Shown: piece by piece, positions 1 to 9,668 of the stretch
Position numbering within the stretch: the stretch's first letter is position 1
How the letters are laid out: each line of letters begins with the position of its first letter
NCBI GenBank assembly: GCA_965212015.1
Contig: OZ243037.1
Span: 1,312,001-1,376,000, forward strand
Source: Cenarchaeum sp.
GTDB taxonomy: Archaea; Thermoproteota; Nitrososphaeria; Nitrososphaerales; Nitrosopumilaceae
Direction of reading: 5' to 3'
Length of the DNA stretch: 64,000 nucleotides
Notes under the pieces: model-generated
What the model saw: the letters and a program-made list of their open reading frames with translations, nothing else
What the model was told of the DNA's origin: nothing
The model's database searches: none
Program-made: the position numbers and the translations under genes

Positions 1-22
1 TACGGGTTTTGTTCCTGCGGTT

Positions 23-928
23 CTAGCGGAGAATAATCCTGCCCCTTAGCTGCAGTGCCATGATCATGGTAATCCCGGCTACCATTATGGGAACGACCAG
101 CGGAAACTCGGGTATGACAGAAGTGCCGACGATGGATACCGATTGTGTGTCATTTAGTTTCAGGCTGATGCCGTGACGGTTCTCGTCCACCCCGAACTCG
201 TAGGTGGGGATCTTTTTGCCGTTGCTCAGGGCCTGGTATGGATTCCAAAGCAGCTCCTGCGGGATGACCAGCGTGACCCACCTTTCGGAATCCTCAAAGT
301 CATAGCTCAGGCTTTTTTGCGGCTGGTTGAATTCAAACGAATTCAATTCAGTGGACGCCCAAACCTCCACCTCGAACTCCCTGTCCTCCCACGAAACCGT
401 CTTTGTGGTTTTTTTCTCGTCTGGAACGAACTCTAGGAGCATCTCGCATCCGTGGCAGTTAAACGCCCCCTCGTCTTGCAGATAGACGGGCCTGTTGTTT
501 ACAAATACCAGGTCTGCCGAGTCGGGCAGGTAAAACGTAGTCGTTACGGGATACAGGAAATCCCACGTCCAGGTCGTTCCGTGTCTTGCAAACATGACGT
601 CGCTCAAATCATACGTGACAAGGACGTTTTCTGACGTCGGAAATATCGTCACCGTGGTGCCGCCGAATCCCCCGGAAACCCCGTGTTGCACGTCGTTGCC
701 CCCCTCGTCTGTTATTTTGATATCCGATGCAGTTCCCTCGATTAGCTCAAGGGATCTTGTCGAGCCGCCCCTGAGTACCTCGTGGACCACGCTTACCTCA
801 TCTAGTCCCTCGATTGTAACTGCGACGCTTTTTACAACCGCAGGCTGGCCGATTCCCAGCTGTGCGTGAACATCGGCAACTCCGATGCCGACTGCAAACG
901 CTATGATAATGACTGGTATGGGATTCAT
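23..928 (-). CDS. PEFG-CTERM (archaeosortase-type) sorted surface protein
   Basis: Signal peptide, C-terminal VIPEFP followed by a TM helix and basic tail; internal CHGC motif. Confidence 0.85.
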   Translation of the reverse strand: MNPIPVIIIAFAVGIGVADVHAQLGIGQPAVVKSVAVTIEGLDEVSVVHEVLRGGSTRSLELIEGTASDIKITDEGGNDVQHGVSGGFGGTTVTIFPTSENVLVTYDLSDVMFARHGTTWTWDFLYPVTTTFYLPDSADLVFVNNRPVYLQDEGAFNCHGCEMLLEFVPDEKKTTKTVSWEDREFEVEVWASTELNSFEFNQPQKSLSYDFEDSERWVTLVIPQELLWNPYQALSNGKKIPTYEFGVDENRHGISLKLNDTQSVSIVGTSVIPEFPLVVPIMVAGITMIMALQLRGRIILR

Positions 929-1407
929 TGTATGGCAACTTTGAGAATTTTGGCCTCTTGCAGCGGGCAGTCGTTGGCATCCCTTTGCAGGTTGACTATC
1001 TTGTCTGCCACGTCCATCCCCTCGGTGACCTCGCCAAACGCGGTGTATTGGCCGTCAAGAAAGGCGCTGTCCGTAGTGACAATAAAGAACTGCGAGCCGG
1101 CGCTGTCCGGATCAGTCGATCTGGCCATGGAAACCGTGCCTCTTTTGTGTGATCTAGAGTTAAATTCCGCCTTGATTGAGTATCCGGGCCCCCCGGTACC
1201 CCACGTACCCTTGTCAGAACCCTTGGTGTTGGGATCCCCGCCCTGAATCATAAAACCCGGAATAACGCGATGGAACAGTACGCCGTCATAAAAGCTGGAA
1301 TCCGCCAGTTTTTTGAAATTACGCACGGTTTCGGGAGCCAAATCCGGCATCAGCCGCAGTACTATTCTCCCAAAGCTGGTCTCTATGGCGGCCTCCGTCA
1401 TTTTCAA
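925..1407 (-). CDS. Cyclophilin-type peptidyl-prolyl isomerase
   Basis: FHRVIPGFMIQGGDP and SAGSQFF motifs. Confidence 0.97.
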   Translation of the reverse strand: MKMTEAAIETSFGRIVLRLMPDLAPETVRNFKKLADSSFYDGVLFHRVIPGFMIQGGDPNTKGSDKGTWGTGGPGYSIKAEFNSRSHKRGTVSMARSTDPDSAGSQFFIVTTDSAFLDGQYTAFGEVTEGMDVADKIVNLQRDANDCPLQEAKILKVAIQ

Positions 1408-1649
1408 TCCGTCTCTTTTATTATCATAAGAGTCTTGTGTTTGTGTTGCAAGATCTCCGCTACTAGGCCAACGGATTCGGCTGGCGGTTTTTCAATCCGG
1501 GAATTAAATCCTGCCGGCCGTCATGCGGAATCCCAAAGCTGCGGCTTTAACTTTTGCAACGACTTTATCTTTTCCGTTTCCCGGATGTTTCCAAAACAAC
1601 CCGATTGGGGAGTTATAGTTTTATATAGACCGAGTAGAATTCACAACCT

Positions 1650-1952
1650 GTGAATCGTGCAAATCAAAGTGCAATTATTAAAGAAGCGATTAACTCCTGC
1701 CTTGACAAGGGTCTGACTGACAAACAGGACATATACACTAAAGTCGTAGATGATTTGGGCGTGCCGCGTCCCACCGTGCGCAGAGTCGCCCGCGATCTGA
1801 GGCACGAACTGCTAGAGAAAATCGACGAACTCGGTATTCCCCGTTCGACTGCCAGAAAGGTAGCCCGCGATCTCAGAAACGAACTGCTTGAAAAGATCAA
1901 GATTTTACAGTCTGAGACGCAAAAGCATGCAGTCATGATAGAGCAAAAGTAA
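1650..1952 (+). CDS. Small HTH-like hypothetical protein with an internal 25-aa duplication
   Basis: TATA-like TTTATATA ~25 nt upstream; LGVPRPTVRRVARDLRHELLEKI repeated as LGIPRSTARKVARDLRNELLEKI. Confidence 0.75.
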   Translation: MNRANQSAIIKEAINSCLDKGLTDKQDIYTKVVDDLGVPRPTVRRVARDLRHELLEKIDELGIPRSTARKVARDLRNELLEKIKILQSETQKHAVMIEQK

Positions 1953-2023
1953 TAATCCGCACTAATAGCCGCACCGTAGCTTTTACATTACTGTTATATG
2001 CGACGGGCTTTTTGATATTTTTC

Positions 2024-2356
2024 ATGGGCTATTTGGCAAATCATCTGGCCACAGTGGTATGCGCCATATTTGCAGCGGTACTGACAGGCCTATGGTTTGT
2101 GATGGTCCCCGAGTTCCCGGTGCTGGAATTCATCTTTATCATGGCAGTGCCGATAATGTGGTTCCTGACGGCCATGTGCTGGCTGGCGCAAAAAAGCGTA
2201 GATTACGTACATGCGCACCCCGCCGCCAAAACCTCGGAAAGCGCAGTCCAGGTGCTCACGTCTGACGGAAAGCCGGCATCCGGCAATAAAACAAGCCCGG
2301 ACAAAAAAGCAAAGCGACAACCCGGACCTGCTTTAGGACACCATAAAGCTAAATGA
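2024..2356 (+). CDS. Hypothetical 2-TM membrane protein
   Basis: Two hydrophobic helices and a basic tail; TTATAT upstream; ATG 2024 preferred. Confidence 0.7.
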   Translation: MGYLANHLATVVCAIFAAVLTGLWFVMVPEFPVLEFIFIMAVPIMWFLTAMCWLAQKSVDYVHAHPAAKTSESAVQVLTSDGKPASGNKTSPDKKAKRQPGPALGHHKAK

Positions 2357-2629
2357 GACCGGGATTCGGCGGCTACAGGAGATTGACAATCTGCAGACCA
2401 TGTTCAAATCGAGCCAAAGTCAGAGCTTGCCAATCTGAAAATGCAGGCGTCAAAAAAGCATCCCAAAAAATAGTCACCCCGTACAGTGCTTGCACTGCGT
2501 GCCGTGGCTGTCCTTGCAGCCCGGACAGCTTACCGCCCCGCCGTAATGGCACTTGCATGAGCACGTGACGTCATCCATATGGATGAATTATGTGTAATAC
2601 TAATATATCATTATCCGCATGTCCTAATC

Positions 2630-3088
2630 ATGGGATTTGGAATAAATCTTTCAAATGGCGCCAAGGCGAGCAAGGCACAGGTTCTCGGCATGCTGTTTGC
2701 AGCCGCACTCGTACCGCTGTCTGCCTCGTCTGTTTTTGCAGATGCGGAATCCCTTGCAGACATTGAGATAGAAAAAACAGTTCTTGCACTAAATGTGCCT
2801 GCTGACAACAAAATGCCCTGGGCATTCGTCGAGGGCAAGGTCTCAAACCCCGTGGCGGACTATCCGGTAATCATACAGATTTATGACGCAGACGGTTCGT
2901 CTGTTGGCGGCAATAATGCCGGCGCGGTACACTTTGCACAGATACCGGTAAATTCCGACGGCACGTACGAGTACAAATTCAGGATTTCAAACACGTCTGT
3001 CGACGGAATAAAAAACATCTTTGAGGGCGATTACGTGGTAAAAATATTCAAGGTCGTATACACGGATCTCAGCCTTGATTCACTCTAG
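2630..3088 (+). CDS. Exported beta-rich hypothetical protein
   Basis: Signal peptide ending VFA; Ig-like pattern (V.IQIY, G.YEYKF). Confidence 0.7.
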   Translation: MGFGINLSNGAKASKAQVLGMLFAAALVPLSASSVFADAESLADIEIEKTVLALNVPADNKMPWAFVEGKVSNPVADYPVIIQIYDADGSSVGGNNAGAVHFAQIPVNSDGTYEYKFRISNTSVDGIKNIFEGDYVVKIFKVVYTDLSLDSL

Positions 3089-3599
3089 ACGCAAGTGACA
3101 CAGTGTCATCAACCATATTCTCTAGCCGCCGTCTAGCTGTCAGGTCCGTTATCTTGCCGTCGGCGATCATGTCCGCCTTCATATAGACTGTCTTGGGATT
3201 TGTAATGACTCCGAAATACGACATCATCTGGGTAAGCAGGGTCTGCACGTCGATAAAACCAATGTCCCCTGCGGCCATTATGGATAACCCGGCCACCTTT
3301 CCCGCCGTCTCCTTGTAGTTGATAAACTCAAAGAGATTCTTTAGCGCCGCACTGAAAAACGAGTTGTAAATCGGAGTCCCGATCAGCCAGACGTCGGCCT
3401 CGGTGATGTCCCTTGCGGCCTGTTTTGTGGCCTCGCCATACTCGACGTCATAGCCCCGGTAATAGTCGATTCCGCCCTCCGAGAGGTTGATGAATTTCGT
3501 CTCCTTGTTTTTGGAGCCGGCATGGTCGTAAACAAACCTCATCATGTGCTGCGTGTTTGAAGCCTTTCTGGGACTGCCAGAAATTACCACGATTTTCAC
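3069..3599 (-). CDS. NADPH-dependent FMN reductase (flavodoxin-like)
   Basis: ISGSPR..SNT and TPIYN...ALKN motifs. Confidence 0.92.
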   Translation of the reverse strand: MKIVVISGSPRKASNTQHMMRFVYDHAGSKNKETKFINLSEGGIDYYRGYDVEYGEATKQAARDITEADVWLIGTPIYNSFFSAALKNLFEFINYKETAGKVAGLSIMAAGDIGFIDVQTLLTQMMSYFGVITNPKTVYMKADMIADGKITDLTARRRLENMVDDTVSLASRVNQG

Positions 3600-3653
3600 A
3601 CGGCTGTAGAATTTTACTCTTTATTTAAAGTAAAACTCGGGTTTTGGCCGGAA

Positions 3654-4076
3654 CTAGGAATAGTACTCTTTGAACCCCTTGTCAGTCGGATACAGCTCTA
3701 TTTTGGTCCCAAACATCCCCTGTTTTTGGACTATTTTCAGCAGCCCGCCTGACTCCAAATCCTCCAGAATCACGTCTAGCTCGGCTGAGCTAAATCCGAT
3801 GTTTTTCTGGATGCACTCGAATGTTTTGCAGCCCTTGTTGAGCTCTCCTAAAACGAGCATGTTTCTTGTCTGGGGCTTGAATGAATCCGTCTGGGGCCCG
3901 GATGAGCCCGCCTGAGGCTCAGGCCGCCCCGAATACCCTGGATCCTGCCCGGAATGGGCCCTTTGAATCTCCTGCGCCTGCTCACCCCTTTTCTTCCTGA
4001 TCATGCGCGGAATTATCCTTGCCAGCGGGATTGCCAAAAAGATTACGAGATAAATCCACGAATAGTTGGGCTCCAT
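3654..4076 (-). CDS. Membrane-anchored winged-helix protein
   Basis: N-terminal TM; C-terminal LE..GLL...LYPTDKG wHTH pattern. Confidence 0.7.
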   Translation of the reverse strand: MEPNYSWIYLVIFLAIPLARIIPRMIRKKRGEQAQEIQRAHSGQDPGYSGRPEPQAGSSGPQTDSFKPQTRNMLVLGELNKGCKTFECIQKNIGFSSAELDVILEDLESGGLLKIVQKQGMFGTKIELYPTDKGFKEYYS

Positions 4077-4160
4077 TGGACTTTGTTGCAGTTAATGTCA
4101 TAAATCTGTTGGGAGCCGCATTGTGCTTGATATAATAATGGGAGATTATCAGCAACACTG

Positions 4161-5024
4161 TTGTCAAAATACCAGTCCCCCAAGATTAACGTGAATATCA
4201 ACATGGCAAAGGGGGTGGCCATAGGCATAATTGTTCTTATTATGATCGGCGTGATGGTGTCTGCCTCCGTAAAGATAGTGGATGCCGGCCACAGGGGCGT
4301 ACTTTTGCACTGGAATGCCGTCGATCTTTCAAGCTCACCGCTTGATGAGGGACTGCATTTCGTGGTTCCCTTCCAGGATGATGTGGTCAATATTGAGGTC
4401 CGTACGCTAAAGTATGCAAACGATGCCAGAAGCGCATCAAAGGATCTGCAGACGGTGGAAACCACCGTTACAGTCAACTATCACCCCGACAAGGAGGGAG
4501 TACACAGGCTGTACAAGAATCTGGGCCTTGACTATGAAAACAGGGTAATTCAGCCGGCCATAGAAGAGACGGTAAAGCAGGTCACGGCAAACTATAACGC
4601 CGAAGAATTAATCACGAAAAGACCCCTTGTCAAGGCCGACATCGAGTCCTCAATCCGGGAGAGACTGAACCAGTTTGACGTGGTAACGGAGGTCATTTCA
4701 ATTACCGATTTTGAATTCTCGTCATTGTTTGCCTCGGCCATCGAGTCCAAGGTGGAGGCAGAACAAAAGGCGCTAAAGGCAGAAAACGATCTGAGAAGGA
4801 TCGAGGTCGAAGCAAGGCAGAGGGAGGCCAACGCCATCGGCGTGGCAAACGCAAACATTGCAGAGGCCAAGGGAGAGGCAGAGGCAATCTCCATAATCAA
4901 CGATGCGCTCTCTACGAATCCAAACTATCTAGAGTGGCTAAAGACGCAGGCATGGGACGGCAAACTGCCGCTCGTGGTAGGCGAGGGCGGAACACCGTTC
5001 ATCCAGATACCCGTGAATCCCTAA
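4161..5024 (+). CDS. Prohibitin/SPFH (band 7) family protein
   Basis: VDAGHRGV, EGLHF..PF, SKDLQ, A..AIE.K. Confidence 0.95.
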   Translation: MSKYQSPKINVNINMAKGVAIGIIVLIMIGVMVSASVKIVDAGHRGVLLHWNAVDLSSSPLDEGLHFVVPFQDDVVNIEVRTLKYANDARSASKDLQTVETTVTVNYHPDKEGVHRLYKNLGLDYENRVIQPAIEETVKQVTANYNAEELITKRPLVKADIESSIRERLNQFDVVTEVISITDFEFSSLFASAIESKVEAEQKALKAENDLRRIEVEARQREANAIGVANANIAEAKGEAEAISIINDALSTNPNYLEWLKTQAWDGKLPLVVGEGGTPFIQIPVNP

Positions 5025-5320
5025 TCCTTTCCTGCACGACTGTCCCTTGTTGCGTCATACATTGTAAGGAACTGTTCTGGCTCGTTCTGGCAGTAATTTT
5101 TTTCAAGTCTCGCAACCTCTTTTTGTGATATCTGCTCGCCCCTGCTGTCATAGTATTCCCTGATTATCTGCGACGGGGTTTTCTTGATATTGTATTTCCG
5201 GAGCGTCTGGACTACGGATCTCTTGCGATATAGACCTCGAATCAAAAACCGGTAAACCAGGTATCCGGTCAGTCCCACGATTGCAACAATAAAAACCGGA
5301 ATGATGAATACGGCTGCCAT
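5021..5320 (-). CDS. Hypothetical membrane-anchored protein
   Basis: N-terminal TM helix; convergent overlap with the prohibitin gene. Confidence 0.7.
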   Translation of the reverse strand: MAAVFIIPVFIVAIVGLTGYLVYRFLIRGLYRKRSVVQTLRKYNIKKTPSQIIREYYDSRGEQISQKEVARLEKNYCQNEPEQFLTMYDATRDSRAGKD

Positions 5321-5402
5321 GCTGTGGATTGTGACTGCTGGTATTTCATTGTTTTTCTCCCGCCCGAATCCGCCTTAAATAACCGCGAACGGATCCCCCG
5401 CC

Positions 5403-5807
5403 CTACAGGACCAGGAGCTTTACATTGTCCATCTTTTTGCTGATCAAAAACCCCTTGGTAATCGTATCTATCCTTTTTGCATCGCCATCAAGCAAAAACA
5501 GCTCGATGCACCTGTCCCCGTCGATCTTGTTGTGAAGATGCGTCGTTATGAGATCCTCGTAATCGTGCTTTATTCCCGCCACCTGATCATCGAAGCGATC
5601 CGCGTGAACCACCATGAGGATCGCGTTCTTTTTGCCCCTCATGTCCTGCTTTTGCTTCTCTTCTTGGACAAAGGCGCGTATTCCGGCCCTTACAATCTCC
5701 GAGCGGCCGGTGAAACCCATGGTCTTTTGAAGCTTGTCAAGCTCCCGTATCATGTCCACATTGAGCGATATCGAGACAATTGTCGTATTCATGGGTTTAT
5801 TAGCCAT
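5403..5807 (-). CDS. NikR/CopG-family metal-responsive regulator
   Basis: RHH N-terminus (VSISL..., GRSEIVR) and NikR C-domain with H.....HLH......C. Confidence 0.9.
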   Translation of the reverse strand: MANKPMNTTIVSISLNVDMIRELDKLQKTMGFTGRSEIVRAGIRAFVQEEKQKQDMRGKKNAILMVVHADRFDDQVAGIKHDYEDLITTHLHNKIDGDRCIELFLLDGDAKRIDTITKGFLISKKMDNVKLLVL

Positions 5808-5892
5808 TATTTAAAATTAGTATGTAAATTTAATAACTCTTTGCTTTTTTTTAACATATTTATTATTAAGAATCATTATAATAGATCCATTA

Positions 5893-5923
5893 ATTATTAA
5901 GTTTAAATAGATAATTTAATAAT
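5893..5923. promoter_or_regulatory. Putative NikR-like operator ATTATTAA-N15-TTAATAAT over the znuA TATA box
   Basis: Perfect 8-bp inverted repeat with a 15-nt spacer containing TTTAAA. Confidence 0.6.
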
Positions 5924-5933
5924 ATGATTCAGG

Positions 5934-7103
5934 ATGAAGGGCATAATTGTGTATGTGGTAGTGGGCGGGATGGCCCTAGCTGCGGTATTGTACCTTGTGG
6001 TGTATGCCGGAATGGATCACGCACCTACAGTACAGGACGAGGAAATCCTGATACTCGGGTCGTTTTTTCCGTATTACGAATTTGCAAGAAACGTGGCAGG
6101 CAGCCAGGCCAGAGTGGAGCAGTATATCCCGTTTGAGGTAGAGGCCCACGACTGGGAGCCACGTGCAGGGGAGATTCAGAGGCTAAAGGATGCGGACATC
6201 TTTGTGTACAACGGGCTTGGGCCAGAGCCGTATGTAACAGCCATGATGGATTCAGGCGAGTTTGATCACGTTGTTTTTCTAAGGGCGACTGAGGGGATAG
6301 GTCTTGTCATCAGGCCCGACAGCCCGCCCGGGCATGTGGAGCAGCTCCAAGACGAGATAATCATAATGATAGAGCAGATGCGGGGACAGGCTACAGACCG
6401 CCAGATAGTGGAATCCATTGGACTGCTGCTAGATATGCACAAGGATGACGGCCATGATCACGACGGCTGGATAAGGCACATTGAGGAGCTCATTGCGCAA
6501 AAAATGGACGACGGGCAGATCAGCGACGCGGAGCTAACCAGGATCCTCCGTTTCCTCTCATCGGGCGGGGCCGTCACTTTTGATCCCCACATGTGGCTTG
6601 ATCCGATACTGGCAATGCGGCAGGTTGACAACATAAGGGACGGACTGGTGATGGCCGATCCGGACGGCGCACAGCATTACATGGAGAACGCCGCCATATA
6701 CAACGAGAAACTCGGCAGCCTTGACGCCAAGATAAGATCCGGGCTGCTTGAGTGCCAAAAAGACACGTTCATCTCATTTCACAACGCCTTTGCATATTTT
6801 GCCAAGCGATACGGGCTGACGGCGTTTTCAATCGGCGGGATCTCGCCTGAATCGGAGGCCTCGGCATTTGAGATTGCAAGTTTTGTTGATTATGTCAGGG
6901 ACAACGACATAAAGTTCGTCTTTTCTGAGGATCTAGTCGATCCCCGCCTGGCACAGGTCATAGCAGACGAGGCGGGCGCACAAGTGGTGTTATTTAGCCC
7001 GATTGAGACGCTGACTGCGCAGGAGGCCTCTGACGGGGTGACGTTTTTGGACAAGATGGAGCAAAACCTGGACATCCTCAGGACTGCCCTGGAGTGCCAA
7101 TGA
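5934..7103 (+). CDS. znuA: Zn/Mn ABC transporter substrate-binding protein
   Basis: EAHDWEP, DPHMWLDP, HNAFAYF motifs. Confidence 0.93.
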   Translation: MKGIIVYVVVGGMALAAVLYLVVYAGMDHAPTVQDEEILILGSFFPYYEFARNVAGSQARVEQYIPFEVEAHDWEPRAGEIQRLKDADIFVYNGLGPEPYVTAMMDSGEFDHVVFLRATEGIGLVIRPDSPPGHVEQLQDEIIIMIEQMRGQATDRQIVESIGLLLDMHKDDGHDHDGWIRHIEELIAQKMDDGQISDAELTRILRFLSSGGAVTFDPHMWLDPILAMRQVDNIRDGLVMADPDGAQHYMENAAIYNEKLGSLDAKIRSGLLECQKDTFISFHNAFAYFAKRYGLTAFSIGGISPESEASAFEIASFVDYVRDNDIKFVFSEDLVDPRLAQVIADEAGAQVVLFSPIETLTAQEASDGVTFLDKMEQNLDILRTALECQ

Positions 7104-7897
7104 AAAGCATACTCTCGGTGCGGAATCTCACTGTCGGGTATGACGGCCACGTGGCAGTGGACGACATTAGCTTTGACGTATCAAAAGGCGACCTGCTGGG
7201 AATAGTCGGGCCCAACGGTGCGGGCAAGACGACCCTGTTTCGCGCAATACTGGGACTGCAGCAGTACGAGGGGACGATAAGGATGTTTGATTGCGGCCCG
7301 GAGAGCTTCAAGTCGCTCATACCGCTTGTCGGCTATGTCCCGCAAAGGATTACCTTCGAGCCTAATTTTCCCGCCACGGTATACGATATAGTGTCAATGG
7401 GAATAATATCCGGCAAAAAGATCGCAAATGGCTCGGAGCTGGTTGGACGGCACGGCTTTTGCTGGAATCATACGTACGAAAAGATCGGCAGGACCGAGGA
7501 CAGGATTGCCGAGGCGCTAAAAACGGTGGAACTCGAGCATCTCAGGGATCGCCGAATCGGGGAGCTGTCGGGGGGCGAGCAGCAGAGGGTCTTTATCGCA
7601 AAGTCCCTGATCAAGGATCCGCTGCTGCTGATTCTAGACGAACCGGTCACAAGCGTCGATGTCAAATCCCAGACAAAGTTCTATGACGTGATAAAAAGAA
7701 TCAACGGGGACGGAATCACCGTCGTATGGTCGTCTCACGACCTTGACGCGCTAGAGAAATACGCAAGCAAGGTCGCATGCATGAACGGAAGCCTCTTTTT
7801 CCACGGGGAAAAGGAAAAATTCTTTTCTGACGAGAAAATACTGAAAACCTATACCGAATCGACCATGCAGATGCACATGCATGATCATGCCCATTAG
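7094..7897 (+). CDS. znuC: Metal ABC transporter ATPase
   Basis: GPNGAGKT, LSGGEQQR, LDEP; His-rich tail; likely ATG at 7100. Confidence 0.95.
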   Translation: MPMKSILSVRNLTVGYDGHVAVDDISFDVSKGDLLGIVGPNGAGKTTLFRAILGLQQYEGTIRMFDCGPESFKSLIPLVGYVPQRITFEPNFPATVYDIVSMGIISGKKIANGSELVGRHGFCWNHTYEKIGRTEDRIAEALKTVELEHLRDRRIGELSGGEQQRVFIAKSLIKDPLLLILDEPVTSVDVKSQTKFYDVIKRINGDGITVVWSSHDLDALEKYASKVACMNGSLFFHGEKEKFFSDEKILKTYTESTMQMHMHDHAH

Positions 7898-8761
7898 GTG
7901 TGGATGATGGTCCTCGACATCCTGGCTTACGGCTTTATGCAAAAGGCCCTGGTGGCCGGAATAGCCGTCGCGATAATATGCTCCTTTATGGGAATGTTTC
8001 TGGTGCTGCGAAGATACTCGCTTTTCGGCGACGGCATATCCCATGTGGCCTTTGGGGGGATATCATTGGGGCTGTTTCTGGGAATATTCCCGCTGTGGAG
8101 CGCGTTTGTGGTGTCGATTCTCGGGGGTCTGGGACTGCAAAAACTGCGCTCTAGCACAAACATGTCCGGCGACGCCGCAGTGGCAGTAGTCCTAGTCTCC
8201 GGCCTTGCAGTGGGCGTAATACTGGTGAGTGCGTCTGGCGGATTCTCAGTGGATCTGTTTAGCTTTTTGTTTGGAAGCATTCTGCTAATCAGCATAGAGG
8301 ACACGGTGGCGATTGTAATGATCAGCTCCGGGATAGTCCTGGTGCTTTTGGTGCTTCGCGGACAGTTTTTGCATCTCACATTTGACGAGGAGCAGGCAAG
8401 GATTGCGGGATTGAACGTTACTGCGCTCAACTATGCGTTTGTAGTCCTGGCCGCAGTAACGGTGGTGACATCTATGCGGCTAGTGGGGATACTGCTGATA
8501 TCCGCACTCATAGTGATTCCGAACATCTCGGCCATGATGTTTGGGAAGGGCTTCAAAAAGACAGTCGGCATTTCCATTTCCATGTCGGTCTTTTCGGTGA
8601 TAACCGGGATATTCTTGTCGTACTATTTGCAGCTGGCGCCGTCTGGCACGATAGTAATGACGGCAGTGGCACTCCTGCTTGGCACACTTGCATGCCGCTC
8701 GCTGGGGCTCATATCCAGGATCCCGACTAGGGGGCCGGCAAAGACGTCCCACAACTATTAG
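7898..8761 (+). CDS. znuB: Metal ABC transporter permease
   Basis: GDGISHVAFGG, FLFGSI, multiple TM helices. Confidence 0.95.
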   Translation: MWMMVLDILAYGFMQKALVAGIAVAIICSFMGMFLVLRRYSLFGDGISHVAFGGISLGLFLGIFPLWSAFVVSILGGLGLQKLRSSTNMSGDAAVAVVLVSGLAVGVILVSASGGFSVDLFSFLFGSILLISIEDTVAIVMISSGIVLVLLVLRGQFLHLTFDEEQARIAGLNVTALNYAFVVLAAVTVVTSMRLVGILLISALIVIPNISAMMFGKGFKKTVGISISMSVFSVITGIFLSYYLQLAPSGTIVMTAVALLLGTLACRSLGLISRIPTRGPAKTSHNY

Positions 8762-8817
8762 AATCCCGGAATTCGCCGACGTGAGGGCCGCGAATCCGGA
8801 TTTCTTGTCATGAAAGG

Positions 8818-8912
8818 CGGGCTTGGAGGGCTTCGATCCCTCGACCTGTAACTTAGGAGGCTACCACGCTATCCATATTGCGCGCCGTTAAACGACTCTG
8901 CGCTACAAGCCC
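8818..8912 (-). tRNA. tRNA-Arg(CCT) with a 20-nt non-canonical D-loop intron (8878-8897)
   Basis: Acceptor GGGCTTG/CAAGCCC, anticodon arm GTAGC-CTCCTAA-GTTAC, T arm GAGGG/CCCTC; BHB-like intron after position 15. Confidence 0.9.
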
Positions 8913-8936
8913 AGCAAAAAATACACGGGTAATTAT

Positions 8937-9668
8937 TTAAGCGTAATCAAGGTTTGATTTAATCAGCTCCCGGATTGCACTCCATTCGGAGCTGTCCCTT
9001 TGCTCCCATTTTTCATAATAAATCACATCGTCCAATCCGAGTCTTGGCAGCCATCCCGCAGTTTCCAGATCCGGCTTGTCGGAGAATTTTTCCACGTATC
9101 CAAGACACAGATAGGCCACGGGAACGACGCGTTCGGGAAGCTCCAGCACACGCCTGAGAATCTTGTTTGAAAGAATGCTCACCCAGCCCAATCCCAGTCC
9201 CTCGGTTCTTGCGGCAAGCCACAGGTTTTGCACGGCGCAGCACACGCTATAGATTCCCGTCTCGGGAATGCTGGATTTTCCAATGATGAACGGCCCGAAT
9301 TTTGAGGGATCATATGTCACACAAATGTTTACCGGCGAATCCAGAATTCCCTCCAGCTTGAATGAGAGGTATTTTGTTTTTTTTGGCTCGTCGATCAGCA
9401 GCGAGGAGCGGATCCTCTCCTCGTCAAACGACTGCTTGATTTTCCGCCTTGTCTGCGGATCCTTGATTAAAATAAAATTCCACGGCTGGGAGAATCCGAC
9501 TGAGGGGGCATGGTGTGCCGCATTGAGAATTCTAGTCAGGGCGGCCCCGTCTACTGCCTGTGACGTAAACCTTGATCTCACGTCCCTTCTGGAAAACACC
9601 GCCTTGTAAAAGCCGGATTTCTCGCCATTCGTAAACTCGTCCCTCATGTGATCACCCGTGCCTGCCAC
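8937..9668 (-). CDS. bluB: 5,6-dimethylbenzimidazole synthase (nitroreductase family)
   Basis: RRDVRS, AAHHAPSVGFSQPW, AVQNLWLAAR.EGLG.GWVS; start may be ATG 9647. Confidence 0.92.
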   Translation of the reverse strand: MAGTGDHMRDEFTNGEKSGFYKAVFSRRDVRSRFTSQAVDGAALTRILNAAHHAPSVGFSQPWNFILIKDPQTRRKIKQSFDEERIRSSLLIDEPKKTKYLSFKLEGILDSPVNICVTYDPSKFGPFIIGKSSIPETGIYSVCCAVQNLWLAARTEGLGLGWVSILSNKILRRVLELPERVVPVAYLCLGYVEKFSDKPDLETAGWLPRLGLDDVIYYEKWEQRDSSEWSAIRELIKSNLDYA

